Positions 11,241-22,244 are shown, numbered from the stretch's first letter. The stretch: DNA of 64,000 nt from an uncultured Gemmatimonadales bacterium (GCA_963798085.1 CAWCRS010000010.1:64001-128000); one strand, 5' to 3'. Program-made: numbers and translations. Notes: generated by a model from the letters alone, not told the origin.

Positions 11241-11816
11241 ATGATCGGAACAAGAACATGGCTGCTCGCGCTCATCGCTGTTGCCGTCGCGGCGTGTGCG
11301 ACGCTGCACGGCGGCGGGGACAGCGGAGAGAGTCGTCTGCAGCAGGGTCTCAGCGCGCTGGCGCGCCGCGACTATGCGGCGGCCGCTGCGCCGCTGGATG
11401 TGGCCAGCCGCTCATCGAAGCCCGAGATCGCGCGCTCTGCGCTGCTGCTGCTCGCCATCATGCAGATGGATCCGGCGAACCCGGACCGGCAGCCCGATGC
11501 CGCGCTCGAGGGCGTGGCCCGCCTGCGCGCCAGTGGCATTCCCGCCGATCACGAACAGGTGATCGGCGATGCACTGGAGCGCGTGCTGCGGCAGACGCGC
11601 GATCTGCAGAGCGGCCTGGCCGCGGCTCAGGCGCAGCGCGATACGGCGTTCGCACGCATCGATTCACTGCAGCTGCAGCTGGGAAGCATGACCGCCGCGC
11701 GCGATGCGGCCACCCGGCGCGCATCACAGCTGGAGCAGACGGGCGCCGATTGCGACAAGGAGCTGCAGAAGAAGACGCAGGAGCTGGAGCGCATCAAGCG
11801 CGCGATTCGCGGATGA
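11241..11816 (+). CDS. Helical/coiled-coil lipoprotein
   Basis: Lipobox VAAC; long coiled-coil C-terminus (KELQKKTQELERIKRAI); 13 nt upstream of histidine kinase. Confidence 0.7.
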   Translation: MIGTRTWLLALIAVAVAACATLHGGGDSGESRLQQGLSALARRDYAAAAAPLDVASRSSKPEIARSALLLLAIMQMDPANPDRQPDAALEGVARLRASGIPADHEQVIGDALERVLRQTRDLQSGLAAAQAQRDTAFARIDSLQLQLGSMTAARDAATRRASQLEQTGADCDKELQKKTQELERIKRAIRG

Positions 11817-11829
11817 GAGAAAACGGGTC

Positions 11830-13302
11830 ATGACGCTACGTCGTCGCCTCAGCCTCACCATTGCCGGCATCGTCGTGCTGCTGGTGCTGCCGTCGCTGTA
11901 CGGCGTCAGCCAGCTGCGCACACTGCGCGACCTGGCGCGGCTGCAGCGGCAGAACTACGGCAACGCGCACATCGCCCTGGGCGCCGTACAGTCCAACCTG
12001 CTCGAGCTGGCCCGCTCGGCCACGCAATACAATGTCGAACCGGACGCGGACCGTCTGGCTGCCATGCTGAAGGCGCTGGATGTGGCGCGCGGTGAGATCA
12101 CGAAGCTCAAGTCCGGCTACCCGGTGGCGGCACAGCGGACCGACACGCACATCGACAGCATTGGTGTGGCCGTGCGCCGGCTGCAGCTGCTGATGGATGC
12201 GGATCGCAAGGATGACGCGACCGGGTACCTGGACACGCTGAAGGCGCTGGTCACCGGCACCGACCCGATCCTGCGCGATGTCTCGACGGAAATCGACCAG
12301 CGCAGCCAGCAGAACCTGGACGAAGCCGGCGCCATCAGCACGCGCGCCGCCGTCAGCTCACTGATCGCGTTGTTCATCTGTCTTGCCGTGGCCGCTGCGC
12401 TGGGCGCCTGGACCACCCGCGCCCTGACGCAGCCTGTCATTCGCCTGCGCAATGCCGTGGCCGTGGTGGCCGACGGCGATTTCACGGTGCCGCGCGACCT
12501 TGCCTACAGCCGCGCCGACGAGATCGGTTCGCTCTCGCGCTCCTTCCGCGCGATGACGCACCGGCTGAGCGATCTCGATCGCCTGAAAGCCGAGTTCCTG
12601 AGCTTCGCCACACACGAGCTGCGCACGCCTCTTAACGTCGTGTCAGGGTACGCCGATCTGTTGCGCGACGGCACCTACGGCGACCTCTCGCCGTCGCAGA
12701 CAGAGGCGCTCGAGGCGATTCGCGATCAGACGCGCGTCATTGCACAGCTGGTCAACCAGCTGCTGGACATCGGCCGGCTGGAGGCGGGCGGCCTGCGGCT
12801 GCATGTGCGCGAGGTCGCCTCCGCCGAGCTGTTCCAGCGCATCGAGCGCGCTTTCTCGCCGCTGGCGCAAAAGAAGGAAATCACGCTGAGCGTGTACATC
12901 GACGAGACAGTGCCGGCAACGCTCGATGTGGACGCGGACCGCCTGAGCGATCAGGTGCTGGGCAACCTGCTGTCGAACGCGCTCAAGTTCACACCGGAGC
13001 ATGGCGATGTGCGCGTACTGGTGCACCGTGACGAGCAGGACCTGACCATCGAAGTGTCGGACACCGGTCCCGGCATTCCCGAGGACAAGCTGCCGCACAT
13101 TTTCGAGAAGTACTATCAGGTGAGCGACGAGGCGAGGCGGCGAGGCGCCGGGCTCGGCCTCTCCATTGCGCGCGATGTGGTGCGGGCGCATGGCGGCACC
13201 ATCGAGGCGGAAAGCACGCCGGGCCAGGGCACGACATTCCGCGTGCGACTGCGCGTCGGCGCGGGCAGCAGGCACGAAGCGTTCGTCGCCAGCTCCGCCT
13301 GA
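11830..13302 (+). CDS. HAMP-domain sensor histidine kinase
   Basis: Two TM helices, HAMP (DEIGSLSRSF), H-box HELRTPL, NLLSNALKFT, DTGPGI, GAGLGL. Confidence 0.93.
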   Translation: MTLRRRLSLTIAGIVVLLVLPSLYGVSQLRTLRDLARLQRQNYGNAHIALGAVQSNLLELARSATQYNVEPDADRLAAMLKALDVARGEITKLKSGYPVAAQRTDTHIDSIGVAVRRLQLLMDADRKDDATGYLDTLKALVTGTDPILRDVSTEIDQRSQQNLDEAGAISTRAAVSSLIALFICLAVAAALGAWTTRALTQPVIRLRNAVAVVADGDFTVPRDLAYSRADEIGSLSRSFRAMTHRLSDLDRLKAEFLSFATHELRTPLNVVSGYADLLRDGTYGDLSPSQTEALEAIRDQTRVIAQLVNQLLDIGRLEAGGLRLHVREVASAELFQRIERAFSPLAQKKEITLSVYIDETVPATLDVDADRLSDQVLGNLLSNALKFTPEHGDVRVLVHRDEQDLTIEVSDTGPGIPEDKLPHIFEKYYQVSDEARRRGAGLGLSIARDVVRAHGGTIEAESTPGQGTTFRVRLRVGAGSRHEAFVASSA

Positions 13303-13456
13303 TCCATCACATTCCCGAAAACCACTGCGCAGTCTCGCCTCCGTTGACGGCGGGGACTGACAATTGCGCGGCTGGCCACAACTGCCGCCGCCTGATCCTT
13401 CACTCCGATACTGGTGTAGGAGTGCAACTTCGCCGGGCGCGCACAGCACGCGATTC

Positions 13457-13528
13457 TGGGGTGTAGCTCAATGGCAGAGCGGCCGGCTGTTAACCGGCAG
13501 GTTGCAGGTTCGAGTCCTGCCGCCCCAG
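13457..13528 (+). tRNA. tRNA-Asn (GTT)
   Basis: Cloverleaf: TGGGGTG/CGCCCCA acceptor, GCTC/GAGC D-arm, GCCGG-CTGTTAA-CCGGC anticodon arm, GCAGG-TTCGAGT-CCTGC T-arm; CCA not directly encoded. Confidence 0.96.
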
Positions 13529-13649
13529 CTCCAGTTCCGTCAGCGGTGCAGCCCGCGCGCTGGCGCGCCCGCGAATCCGGGTTATCCTTCCCGTCATACG
13601 CAACGGAAGCTGCACACCCCCGAACCCTGGCAACCGTCGCGCGCTCCCC

Positions 13650-14270
13650 ATGATTGCGCTGGTCATCGCCGATGATCAAACGCTCCTGCGCGAAGGCGTG
13701 CGCAGGATAGTGGCGGAGCACGCCGATATCGAGGTGGTGGGCGAAGCGACGAGCGCGGACGCGCTGCTGGCGTTGCTGGGCACCACGCAGGCCAATGTGC
13801 TGCTCCTCGATGTGAATCTGCCCGGCCCCGGCGTGCGGCGACTGATGCTCGACCTGCGGCAGCGGCGGCGCCGGCCCCGCGTGCTCGCGCTGAGCGGCAA
13901 TCCCGACCGACGTCACGCACTCGCCGTACTGCGCGCGGGCGCGGCCGGTTACCTCACCACATACCACTCTGGCGCGCGTCTCATCGAAGCGATCCGCCTG
14001 GTAGCCGCGGGCCGGCGCGTCCATCTGGAATCACCCGAGCGCTTCGAGGGCTCACGCGCACGCGACTGGCCCGAAGGCCTCTCCGACCGCGAGCGCGAAG
14101 TGCTGCGCCTGCTGAGCGGCGGCCAGACCGGCCGCGAGGTGGCCCAGCAGCTGGGTCTCAGCCCCAAGACCGTCAGCACCTACCGCACCCGCATCATGGA
14201 GAAGCTGCGCCTGCACAGCACCGCGGACCTCGTGCGGTACGCCCTCGAGAAGGGACTGGGCGAGGACTGA
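13650..14270 (+). CDS. NarL/LuxR family response regulator
   Basis: Receiver IADDQ...LLDVNLP; HTH LSDREREVLRLL...LGLSPKTVSTYRTRIMEKL. Confidence 0.92.
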   Translation: MIALVIADDQTLLREGVRRIVAEHADIEVVGEATSADALLALLGTTQANVLLLDVNLPGPGVRRLMLDLRQRRRRPRVLALSGNPDRRHALAVLRAGAAGYLTTYHSGARLIEAIRLVAAGRRVHLESPERFEGSRARDWPEGLSDREREVLRLLSGGQTGREVAQQLGLSPKTVSTYRTRIMEKLRLHSTADLVRYALEKGLGED

Positions 14271-14312
14271 GCTGCGTTCTCCCCGCCATGTCGCGCTCGG
14301 TCGTGTGTGGGT

Positions 14313-14759
14313 TCAGGGCACGATGGCGGTGGCTTCGATCTCGAGCAGCGCGCCTGCCTCGAGCAGCCCTGCCACCTGCACCAGCGATGTCGCCGGATAA
14401 TGCCCCGCGAAGCGCTCGCGGAACGCGGCGCCCAGCGCGGCGCGCGCGGCGGTGTAGTCAGCGAGACTGGTCACGTACCACGTCAGCCGCACCACGTGTC
14501 GCGCCTCGCCGCCGCCCGCGCGCACCACCGCCAGCACGTTGTCCAGCGCCTGCGCCGCCTGGCGCGCGAAATCCTGTGTTGCGAACATGTGTGTCAGCGG
14601 ATCCCAGCCCACCTGTCCGGCCACGTGCAGCGCGGTGCCGCGCGCGGCCACGCCTTCCGAGTAGCCGGACGGACGCGGCCAGCCTTCGGGACGGAGCACA
14701 ACGGACGCAGGCGACGACGGGTCGTCCGCCTCTCTGCGCGCGCCGGGCCGCCCGCTCAC
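14313..14759 (-). CDS. RidA/YjgF family protein
   Basis: RPSGYSEGV, VAGQVG, HYPATSLVQVAGL, LEIEATA. Confidence 0.88.
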   Translation of the reverse strand: MSGRPGARREADDPSSPASVVLRPEGWPRPSGYSEGVAARGTALHVAGQVGWDPLTHMFATQDFARQAAQALDNVLAVVRAGGGEARHVVRLTWYVTSLADYTAARAALGAAFRERFAGHYPATSLVQVAGLLEAGALLEIEATAIVP

Positions 14760-16393
14760 GCCGTCTCTTCGCGCAGGCGGAAGCGCTGCAGCTTGCCCGT
14801 CTGCGTACGGGGCAGTGAGGCCCGGAACACGACTCGCCTGGGATACTTGTAGGGCGCGATGCCGGCCTTCACATGGTCCTGCAGCTGTTTCGCCAGGGCC
14901 TCATCCGGATTCCAGCCCGGCCGCAGCACGACGAACGCCGTCACCACCTGTCCGCGCTGCTCGTCGGGCAGCCCCACCACCGCGCACTCCTGCACGCAGG
15001 CGTGCTCTAACAGCACGTTTTCGATTTCCGGCCCGGCAATGTTGTAGCCTGCGGAAATGATCAGATCGTCGGTCCTCGCCTGGTACCAGAAGTAGCCGTC
15101 GTCGTCCATGATGTAGGCGTCACCCGTGAGGTTCCAGCCAGCCTGCACGTAGGCGCGCTGCCGCTCTTCATCGGCGAGGTAGCGGCAGCCGGTGGGCCCG
15201 CGCACGGCGAGTCGGCCCACGGCGCCGGGCGGCAGCGGCTGCCCCTCTTCATCGATGATCCTCGCCTGATAGCCGGGCACCACGCGGCCCGTGCTGCCCG
15301 GTCGGATCTCGTCTTCACGCGCACTGATGAAGATATGCAGGAGCTCGGTGGAGCCAATGCCATCGATGATGGGCAGGCCGGTGGCGTTCTGCCACAGCTC
15401 GAACGTGGCACGCGGCAGGGTCTCGCCCGCGGACGCGCACTTGCGGAGACGGCTGAGGTCATGGCTCGCCACATTGGGCGCCATGGCACGATACGCGGTG
15501 GGCGCCGTGAAGCACACCGTCGCGCCGTGCTGCGCCATGCCCGCCAGCAGGCTGGGTGGCGAACCATCCTCGAGCAGCAGTGTGGACGCGCCAATGCGCA
15601 GCGGGAACAGCAGCAGTCCGCCCAGGCCGTACGTGAACGCCAGTGATGGCGAGCCGCAGAAAATATCGTCGGGTGTGGGCCGCAGCGTGTGCCTGGGCCA
15701 GCAGTCGCAGGCAGCCAGGATGTCGCGATGGAAATGCATGGTGCCCTTGGGCACACCCGTCGTCCCCGAGGTGAACGCCAGCATGGCCACATCGTCCGCG
15801 GCCGTGTCCACGCTGGCGAAATGCGCGGGCTTGCCGCGCATGCGGGCCTCGAGGCCGTCACCATCCGTCGTATTGCAGGCGACGATGCGTCGCAGCGTTT
15901 CCGCCGTGGCCGCGGCCTTTTCGATTTCGTCCAGCAGCCGGGCATCGCACAAGGCGAGCGAGATGCACGCCCGGTCCGCGATCACCGCCAGCTCGCGCGC
16001 GCGCAGCAGCGGCATGGTGGCGACGCAGATGCCGCCTGCCTTGAGCACCGCCAGCCAGCACGCTGCTAACATTTCGTTATTGGGCAGGCGCAGCAGCACG
16101 CGGTTGCCCGGCACCAGACCCAGGTCTTCGACCAGAACGTGCGCGATGCGATTGGCCTGCGCGAGCAGCTCGCGGTAGGTCAGGACGCCAGCGCCGGAGC
16201 GTACCGCGACGCGCTCGCCGCGGCCCTCCGCCACGTGCCGGTCGAGCAGCTCCGCGGCCGCATTGATGCGTTCGGGATACCGCAGGTCGGGCAGGCCCGA
16301 GAAGTCGAGCACCGGCCACAATGCGCGCGGCGGCAGGTGATCCGCGGCAAACGTGTCGACGTGCGCGCTGGCAGTCGCGCGCGACTGGTTCAT
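14756..16393 (-). CDS. abmG: 2-aminobenzoate-CoA ligase (benzoate-CoA ligase family)
   Basis: SAHVDTFAADHLPP N-terminus, FTSGTTGVPKGTMHFH, DGIGSTE, PYKYPR, TGKLQRF; context with abmA. Confidence 0.85.
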   Translation of the reverse strand: MNQSRATASAHVDTFAADHLPPRALWPVLDFSGLPDLRYPERINAAAELLDRHVAEGRGERVAVRSGAGVLTYRELLAQANRIAHVLVEDLGLVPGNRVLLRLPNNEMLAACWLAVLKAGGICVATMPLLRARELAVIADRACISLALCDARLLDEIEKAAATAETLRRIVACNTTDGDGLEARMRGKPAHFASVDTAADDVAMLAFTSGTTGVPKGTMHFHRDILAACDCWPRHTLRPTPDDIFCGSPSLAFTYGLGGLLLFPLRIGASTLLLEDGSPPSLLAGMAQHGATVCFTAPTAYRAMAPNVASHDLSRLRKCASAGETLPRATFELWQNATGLPIIDGIGSTELLHIFISAREDEIRPGSTGRVVPGYQARIIDEEGQPLPPGAVGRLAVRGPTGCRYLADEERQRAYVQAGWNLTGDAYIMDDDGYFWYQARTDDLIISAGYNIAGPEIENVLLEHACVQECAVVGLPDEQRGQVVTAFVVLRPGWNPDEALAKQLQDHVKAGIAPYKYPRRVVFRASLPRTQTGKLQRFRLREETA

Positions 16394-16406
16394 CCCTTCC
16401 TCCGCA

Positions 16407-17578
16407 TCAGGTGGCGGCCTTCAGCACCTGTCCCGCGATCACCAGCTTCTGGATTTCGCTGGTGCCCTCGTAATGCGCAGCGCGCGCACTTCGCGATAGA
16501 GCCGCTCCACTACTTCGCCCCGTACCACACCTCGCCCGCCCAGGAGCTGCACCGCGGCATCGACCACGCGCTGCGCCGCTTCCGTCGCCTGCAGCTTGGC
16601 CATGGCGGCCTCACGCGAGGCACGGCCCTCGCCCTGGTCCTGCGCCCACGCCGCACGGTAGACGAGCAGCGCACTGGCATCAATGTCCAGCGCCATGTCC
16701 GCGACGCGCGCGGCCGTGAGCTGGTGCTCGGCCAGCACCCGCCCGAAGGCGCGACGGCTCAGCACCCACGCGAGCGCTTCCGACAGTGCACGCCGGGCAA
16801 AGCCCAGCGCGGCCGCGCCCACGGTCGGACGGAACACATTCAGCGTGCCCAGTGCGATGCGCATGCCATCACCGGGCGCACCGATCATGTGGGAGGCGGG
16901 CACCACACACTCGTGGAGCGCCAGCGAACCCAGCACGTGCGGCGCTGCCGCCTCGATGCGCGCCGTGACTTCGAGCCCGGGATTGTCGGCGTCGACCATG
17001 AATGCGACGAAGGGCCGGTCGGTCTGGCCCTCCATGCGACAGAATACCACGTAATGGTGCGCGATACCGGCATTCGAGATCCACGTTTTCGCGCCGTTGA
17101 TCACCCAATGATCCCCTTGATGTTTCGCCGCCGTCTGCATGGCCGCAACGTCCGACCCCGCCGACGCCTCCGACAGCGCGAACGCCCCAATGCGCTCCCC
17201 CGCCAGCACCGGCGGCAGATACGCGCGTCGCAACGCGTCCGAGCCGAACAGCGTGACCGGCCCCGTGCCCAGCCCCTGCATGGCGAACGCGAAATCGGCG
17301 AGGCCCAATGCGGCCGCGAGCGCCTCGCGAATCAGGCAGAGCGAGCGCACATCGAGCCGTTCGCGCAGCCCGCCCCAGGCTGCGGGCACCACGTAGCGCA
17401 GCCACCCATCCCGGCCCAGCTGCCCGACGAAACGCCGGCACACCGCATCCACATCGTCGCCTGCATCGTTTTCGTCCCCGACTTCCGCCGCCGCCCACGC
17501 CGCCACCTCCCGCGCCAGCTTCGCATGCGCCGCGTCGAAGAACGGCCACATAAGGTAGCTCTCGTCACCGATCATCAT
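16407..17578 (-). CDS. Acyl-CoA dehydrogenase (frameshift near 16472)
   Basis: [35 protein letters not shown]; adding one base restores [18 protein letters not shown] ending at TGA 16407-16409. Confidence 0.88.
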
Positions 17579-17625
17579 GCTTTTCGGCCTCGTGGCTGTC
17601 CCTTAACAGACTGTCAGGGAACGCC

Positions 17626-17906
17626 ATTGCCGGGGCTGGTTGCGCCATGACGGACGGCGTTGCTGGCGCTGGTTGCTGGGGCTGGTTGCTCGGGAACGGA
17701 TGAACAACCGCTCGGCGCGGCACGAGGCACTGCAGCGGTTTCAAATGAGCCGTGCGCCATTCCATTCCGTTCCCCCGCAACCTGCCCAGGCAGGTTCCTG
17801 CCCGCATCCCCAGCCACGCAGTCGATCTCCGTCCCCCGGGCCAGCCCCGCGACGCTCTACAATCCGTTCCGAGCACCAGCCCCCGGCAACCAGCCCCCGC
17901 AACGCC
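17626..17906. repeat. Intergenic palindromic repeat cluster A
   Basis: Imperfect ~45-bp inverted arms at 17656-17701 (ggcgttgctggcgctggttgctggggctggttgctcgggaacggat) and 17862-17906. Confidence 0.8.
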
Positions 17907-17917
17907 GTGAGTAACAA

Positions 17918-18739
17918 TCAGTTTCCCTCGAAAACGGGCTTCCGCTTCTCGACGAACGCGTGGTACGCGCGCACGAAGTCCTCGCTCTGCATGCAGATGG
18001 CCTGGGCTTCTGCTTCCGCGTCGATGGCGCGGTCCACGCTCATGTCCCACTCCTGGTGCAGGCAGCGCTTGGTGATGCCGTGCGCGAACGTGGGCCCCTT
18101 CGCGAGGTCGCGCGCCAGGGCATTCGCTGCATCCTGCAGTGCGTCGGGCGCGACGAGCCGGTTGTAGAAGCCCCAGCGCTCGGCTTCTTCGCCGCTCAGC
18201 GAGCGGCCCGTGTAGAGCAGCTCGCTGGCGCGGCCCTGGCCGATGATGCGCGGCAGCAGCGCACACGCACCCATGTCCGCGCCCGAAAGACCCACGCGTG
18301 TGAACAGGAACGCAACCTTGCTCCTGGCCGTGCCGATACGGAGGTCGCTGGCCATGGCCAGGATGGCGCCCGCGCCGACGCACGTGCCATCGATCGCGGC
18401 GATGATGGGCTGCGGGCAGGTGCGCATGGCCTTCACCACATCGCCGGTCATGCGCGTGAATGCCAGCAGCTCGTCGATCGCGCCCCGGCCGCGCATCTCG
18501 ACGAGCGGCCCGATGATGTCGTGCACGTCGCCGCCGGAGCAGAAATTGTCGCCATCGCCGGTGATAACAACGATGTTGACATCGTCGAAATCGCGCAGCT
18601 GGCGGAAGGTGTCGCGCAGCTCCGCGTAGGATGCGAACGTCAGCGGGTTCCTGCGCTCGGGCCGGCTCAGTGTGACCGTGGCAATGCCGCCGTCCACGGC
18701 CCAGCGGAAGCTGTGCGGAGCGATGTCGGTGCCGCGCAT
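17918..18739 (-). CDS. Enoyl-CoA hydratase/isomerase family protein
   Basis: [54 protein letters not shown]. Confidence 0.9.
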   Translation of the reverse strand: MRGTDIAPHSFRWAVDGGIATVTLSRPERRNPLTFASYAELRDTFRQLRDFDDVNIVVITGDGDNFCSGGDVHDIIGPLVEMRGRGAIDELLAFTRMTGDVVKAMRTCPQPIIAAIDGTCVGAGAILAMASDLRIGTARSKVAFLFTRVGLSGADMGACALLPRIIGQGRASELLYTGRSLSGEEAERWGFYNRLVAPDALQDAANALARDLAKGPTFAHGITKRCLHQEWDMSVDRAIDAEAEAQAICMQSEDFVRAYHAFVEKRKPVFEGN

Positions 18740-18745
18740 GAGCGC

Positions 18746-19525
18746 TCAGGCGGGCGTGAGGGCGAGTACGCGCAGCGGACTGCCGCTGCCGTTGACGATC
18801 TTGAGCGGCGCGGCAATGACGATGGCGCCGCGGGCGGGCAGCTGATCGAGGTTGCAGAGACTGGCCAGCCCGAACTTGCCGTTACCGTGCATGAAGGTGT
18901 GGTTGGGGAATGGCGGGTCGAAGGTGCCGGCCTGGCCGGCATCGGTGCCGATGGTCTCCACGCCCACGCCCAGGATGTCGCGCTCTGTGGCGAGCAGCAG
19001 CGTCGCTTCCTTCGAGAAGCCGGGACTGTGCGGCCCCTTGTCGTCGGCATTGAGGAACGAATTCGCATCCCGCCGCTTGCTCCAGTCCGTGCGCAGCAGC
19101 ACCCACGCGCCGCCGCCGATTCTGCCGTGCTGCTGCTCCCACTGCGCGATGCGCTCGGGCGTCACCAGGAAATCCGGGTTGGCCTTCGATTCCGCGGCAA
19201 TGTCGATCACGCAGGCGGGTCCAATGAAGCGGCGTGCCGGAATCGTGTCGCACGTGTTATCCGGCAGCTCGCGGCCGGTGACCCAGTGCACGGGCGCGTC
19301 GAAGTGCGTGCCCGTGTGCTCGCCCAGCTCGAGTGTGTTCCAGTACCACCCGGGACCGCGACTGTCGTACCGCGAGATCTCGGTGATCGTGAGGCCGGGC
19401 GATGGCGCGAAGATGGGCGGCAGTCCGATGACGGGCGTGTCGGGCCCGAGCGGCTGCGTGAGATCCACAATCCTGAGCGCGCCACTGGCCAGGGCATCGA
19501 CGAGCTGCTCGAGCAACGCGGGCAT
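18746..19525 (-). CDS. Cyclase-family amidohydrolase, isatin hydrolase-like (kynurenine formamidase fold)
   Basis: GEHTGTHFDAPVHW metal motif; FLNADDKGPHSPG, IGTDAGQAG, GLASLCNLDQLP segments as I recall them from isatin hydrolases. Confidence 0.8.
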   Translation of the reverse strand: MPALLEQLVDALASGALRIVDLTQPLGPDTPVIGLPPIFAPSPGLTITEISRYDSRGPGWYWNTLELGEHTGTHFDAPVHWVTGRELPDNTCDTIPARRFIGPACVIDIAAESKANPDFLVTPERIAQWEQQHGRIGGGAWVLLRTDWSKRRDANSFLNADDKGPHSPGFSKEATLLLATERDILGVGVETIGTDAGQAGTFDPPFPNHTFMHGNGKFGLASLCNLDQLPARGAIVIAAPLKIVNGSGSPLRVLALTPA

Positions 19526-19796
19526 GAGTTCCGTCCGTGTGAGTGAGCGGATGAGGTGCGGCAGCCGATCGCGGCGAATCTAGACGACGTCACGCGCTCG
19601 TGTCCAATGGTCGGGCCGCCGTCCGCATGCGGGACATGCCGTCCCGCGTCCGGGGTGTGAGGGCGGCCCGCACCAACTCGCCGTACGGCGGCAGTGTGTT
19701 GCGCCGGCAGGAGTTGCGAGACACGCACGGCATGGCTCGCTTCTTCCGCTGAGAGGTGGGTTCCCCACAATGGCTCTCCACCGCCCCGGAGGCATG

Positions 19797-22244
19797 ATGC
19801 GCCTGCACCTCCTGTACGACCTGCGTCTCTCTGTGCGCAGTCTGCGAAAGAGCCCCGGCTTCGCTGCGGTGGCGGTGCTCACGTTCGCGCTGGGCATTGG
19901 GCTCAACAGCGTGATCTTCAGCATGATCAATCCGTTCGTGATCCGGCCGCTGCCCGTACCCGCCGCCGCGCAGCTCGTGGTGGTGGGCCAGCAGGATGAG
20001 CAGCTGTCGTTCCCTGTCGAGGTCGATTATCAGGACTATCTCGCGCTGCGTGATGGCGACGACGCGTTCGCCAGTCTCACCGCGCACATCACCTACGCGG
20101 CGGACCTCAGTGGCGATGGTCCCGCCGAGCGCATCTGGGTGCAGGAAACCAGTGCCAACCTCTTCGAGACGCTGGGGCTGCGCGCCGCCATCGGCCGCAC
20201 CTTCGTCACGGGCGATGATGCGGCGCCCCAGAGCCGGCCGCTGCTGGTCCTGACCGATGCGTTCTGGCGTCGTCGCTTCGCCGCCGATCCAGCGGTCATT
20301 GGCCGCACGCTGCGTTTCAACGGCAGCCCGGTGACCATTGCGGGAGTGCTGCCACCCGGCTTCATCGGTCTGCGCAGCGGCATGCGGATGGATGCGTTCG
20401 TGCCGCTGAACCAGGTCGCGCCCGGCTGGGGCCGCGCGATATCGGAGCGCGGCGCTGCATCCGTGGAGGTGCTGGGCCGTCTGCGCGACGGGCACTCGCT
20501 GGCGCAGGCGAAGCAGCAGGCCGCCGTGATCGGACAGCGTCTCGGGGCCACGTTTCCGCAGACGAATCGCGGCCGCTCCTTCGTGCTGGTGCCCGAGACG
20601 CGCGCGCGCCCCGCACTCGCCGTGGCTGCCACTACCCAGCGCGCAGCCGGCATCTTCCTCGGTCTCGTCGGCATGGTGCTGCTGATCGCGTGCGTGAATG
20701 TCGCCAATCTGATGCTGGCGAAGGCGACGACGCGGCAGCGGGATCTCGCGCTGCGCGCCGCGCTCGGTGCGGGCCGCCTGCGTCTGGTGCGACAGGCGCT
20801 GGCCGAGAGCCTGCTGCTGGCCGCACTCGGCGGCGGCGGCGCGATCCTGCTCGCCAGCTGGGCCGCGTCCGCACTGGGCCGCCTGCACGTGGCGATCGAT
20901 GCGCCCCTGGCATTCGCGGTACCCATTGACTGGCGTGTGTTCGCGTTCACACTCGCCGCGACGCTCGGCGCAGGCCTCATCGCCGCGCTGCTGCCCGCGC
21001 TGCAGGTGGCGCGCACGTCGCCGGCCGAGGCCATGCGGCACGGACAGCGCAGCGTGCTGTCGGGCGCGGGCGGCAGGACGCGCGCGTTCCTCGTCTCCGC
21101 ACAGGTCGCGACCTCCGTGGTCGTGCTCATCTCCGCACTGCTGGTGCAGCGCAGTGTGCGCGGCGCGGCGAGGCTGGATCTGGGCTTCCAGCCGGATCAC
21201 GTGCTGCTGCTGTCCGTGGATCCGTCCAATCGCGGTTATTCCTTCGCGCAGTCCACGCAGTTCTTTAACGAACTGTTAAGGAAGGCACGCGCCACACCCG
21301 GTGTGCAGGCCGCCGCGGTGGGTCGCAACATCCCGTTCGGCTACAGCAACAGCAACGCCAATGTCTACGCGGACGGTGCCCCCGTCACACCCGAGTCACG
21401 GCGCCTGATCTTCTACAGTACGGTGAGCGGCAGCTTCTTCCAGACACTGCGGCTGCCGCTGCGGGAGGGCCGGGACTTCAGTGCCGGCGACGACTCCACT
21501 GCGGCGCGGGTCGCCATCGTCAATCAGCGCATGGCGACGCTGCTCTGGCCGGGGAACAGCGCCCTGGGCCGGCGTTTCCGCGCCAGCGTCAGCGGCCCGC
21601 TGTACGAGGTGGTGGGCGTGGCAGGCGACTGGAAATACAACTGGCTGAAGGAAACGGCGCAGCCGTTCTTCTTCCTGCCCGCGGCGCAGAACGGTCTCGG
21701 GTACGCGATCCTCTACGTGCGCACGACTGGCGACCCGCTGGCGCTGGCACCGGCACTGCGCGCCATCATCAGCGGCCTGGATCCGGGTCTGCCGGTGTTC
21801 GACGTGCGCAGCATGGAGCAGCATCTGCGCGACGGCCGCGCGCTCGGACTCCTGCGCCTGGGCGGGCTCTTTGCCGCCCTCTTCGGCAGCCTCGCCCTCG
21901 CCATTGCCAGCATTGGCGTGTACGGCGTGGTGTCCTTCGCCACCAGCCGGCGTACGCGCGAGATCGCACTGCGCATGGCGCTGGGTGCGGCGGCCGGCGA
22001 CATCCGCCAGCTCGTGGTACGCCAGACACTGCTCATGTGCGGCGCCGGCATCGGCGCCGGTGGACTGCTGACACTGCTGTTCGCGAGACTGCTGTCCACG
22101 CTGCTGTTTGGTGTGGGACCCGCCGACCCGCTCAGCTACGGTTCGGTCTGCGCGCTGCTGCTGGCGATCGCCCTGCTGGCCAGCTGGCTGCCCGCGCGGC
22201 GCGCGCAGCGCGTTCAGCCGGTTACAGCGCTGCAGGAGGAATAG
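19797..22244 (+). CDS. ADOP-type duplicated MacB/FtsX ABC permease
   Basis: DLRLSVRSLRKSPGFAAVAV, LLIACVNVANL, ALRAALGA, RRTREIALRMALGA, PARRA; GGAGG RBS. Confidence 0.9.
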   Translation: MRLHLLYDLRLSVRSLRKSPGFAAVAVLTFALGIGLNSVIFSMINPFVIRPLPVPAAAQLVVVGQQDEQLSFPVEVDYQDYLALRDGDDAFASLTAHITYAADLSGDGPAERIWVQETSANLFETLGLRAAIGRTFVTGDDAAPQSRPLLVLTDAFWRRRFAADPAVIGRTLRFNGSPVTIAGVLPPGFIGLRSGMRMDAFVPLNQVAPGWGRAISERGAASVEVLGRLRDGHSLAQAKQQAAVIGQRLGATFPQTNRGRSFVLVPETRARPALAVAATTQRAAGIFLGLVGMVLLIACVNVANLMLAKATTRQRDLALRAALGAGRLRLVRQALAESLLLAALGGGGAILLASWAASALGRLHVAIDAPLAFAVPIDWRVFAFTLAATLGAGLIAALLPALQVARTSPAEAMRHGQRSVLSGAGGRTRAFLVSAQVATSVVVLISALLVQRSVRGAARLDLGFQPDHVLLLSVDPSNRGYSFAQSTQFFNELLRKARATPGVQAAAVGRNIPFGYSNSNANVYADGAPVTPESRRLIFYSTVSGSFFQTLRLPLREGRDFSAGDDSTAARVAIVNQRMATLLWPGNSALGRRFRASVSGPLYEVVGVAGDWKYNWLKETAQPFFFLPAAQNGLGYAILYVRTTGDPLALAPALRAIISGLDPGLPVFDVRSMEQHLRDGRALGLLRLGGLFAALFGSLALAIASIGVYGVVSFATSRRTREIALRMALGAAAGDIRQLVVRQTLLMCGAGIGAGGLLTLLFARLLSTLLFGVGPADPLSYGSVCALLLAIALLASWLPARRAQRVQPVTALQEE

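Noticed and set aside
13457..13650. Genomic island integrated at tRNA-Asn
   Set aside because: No integrase is present and I found no duplicate of the tRNA 3' end in the window.
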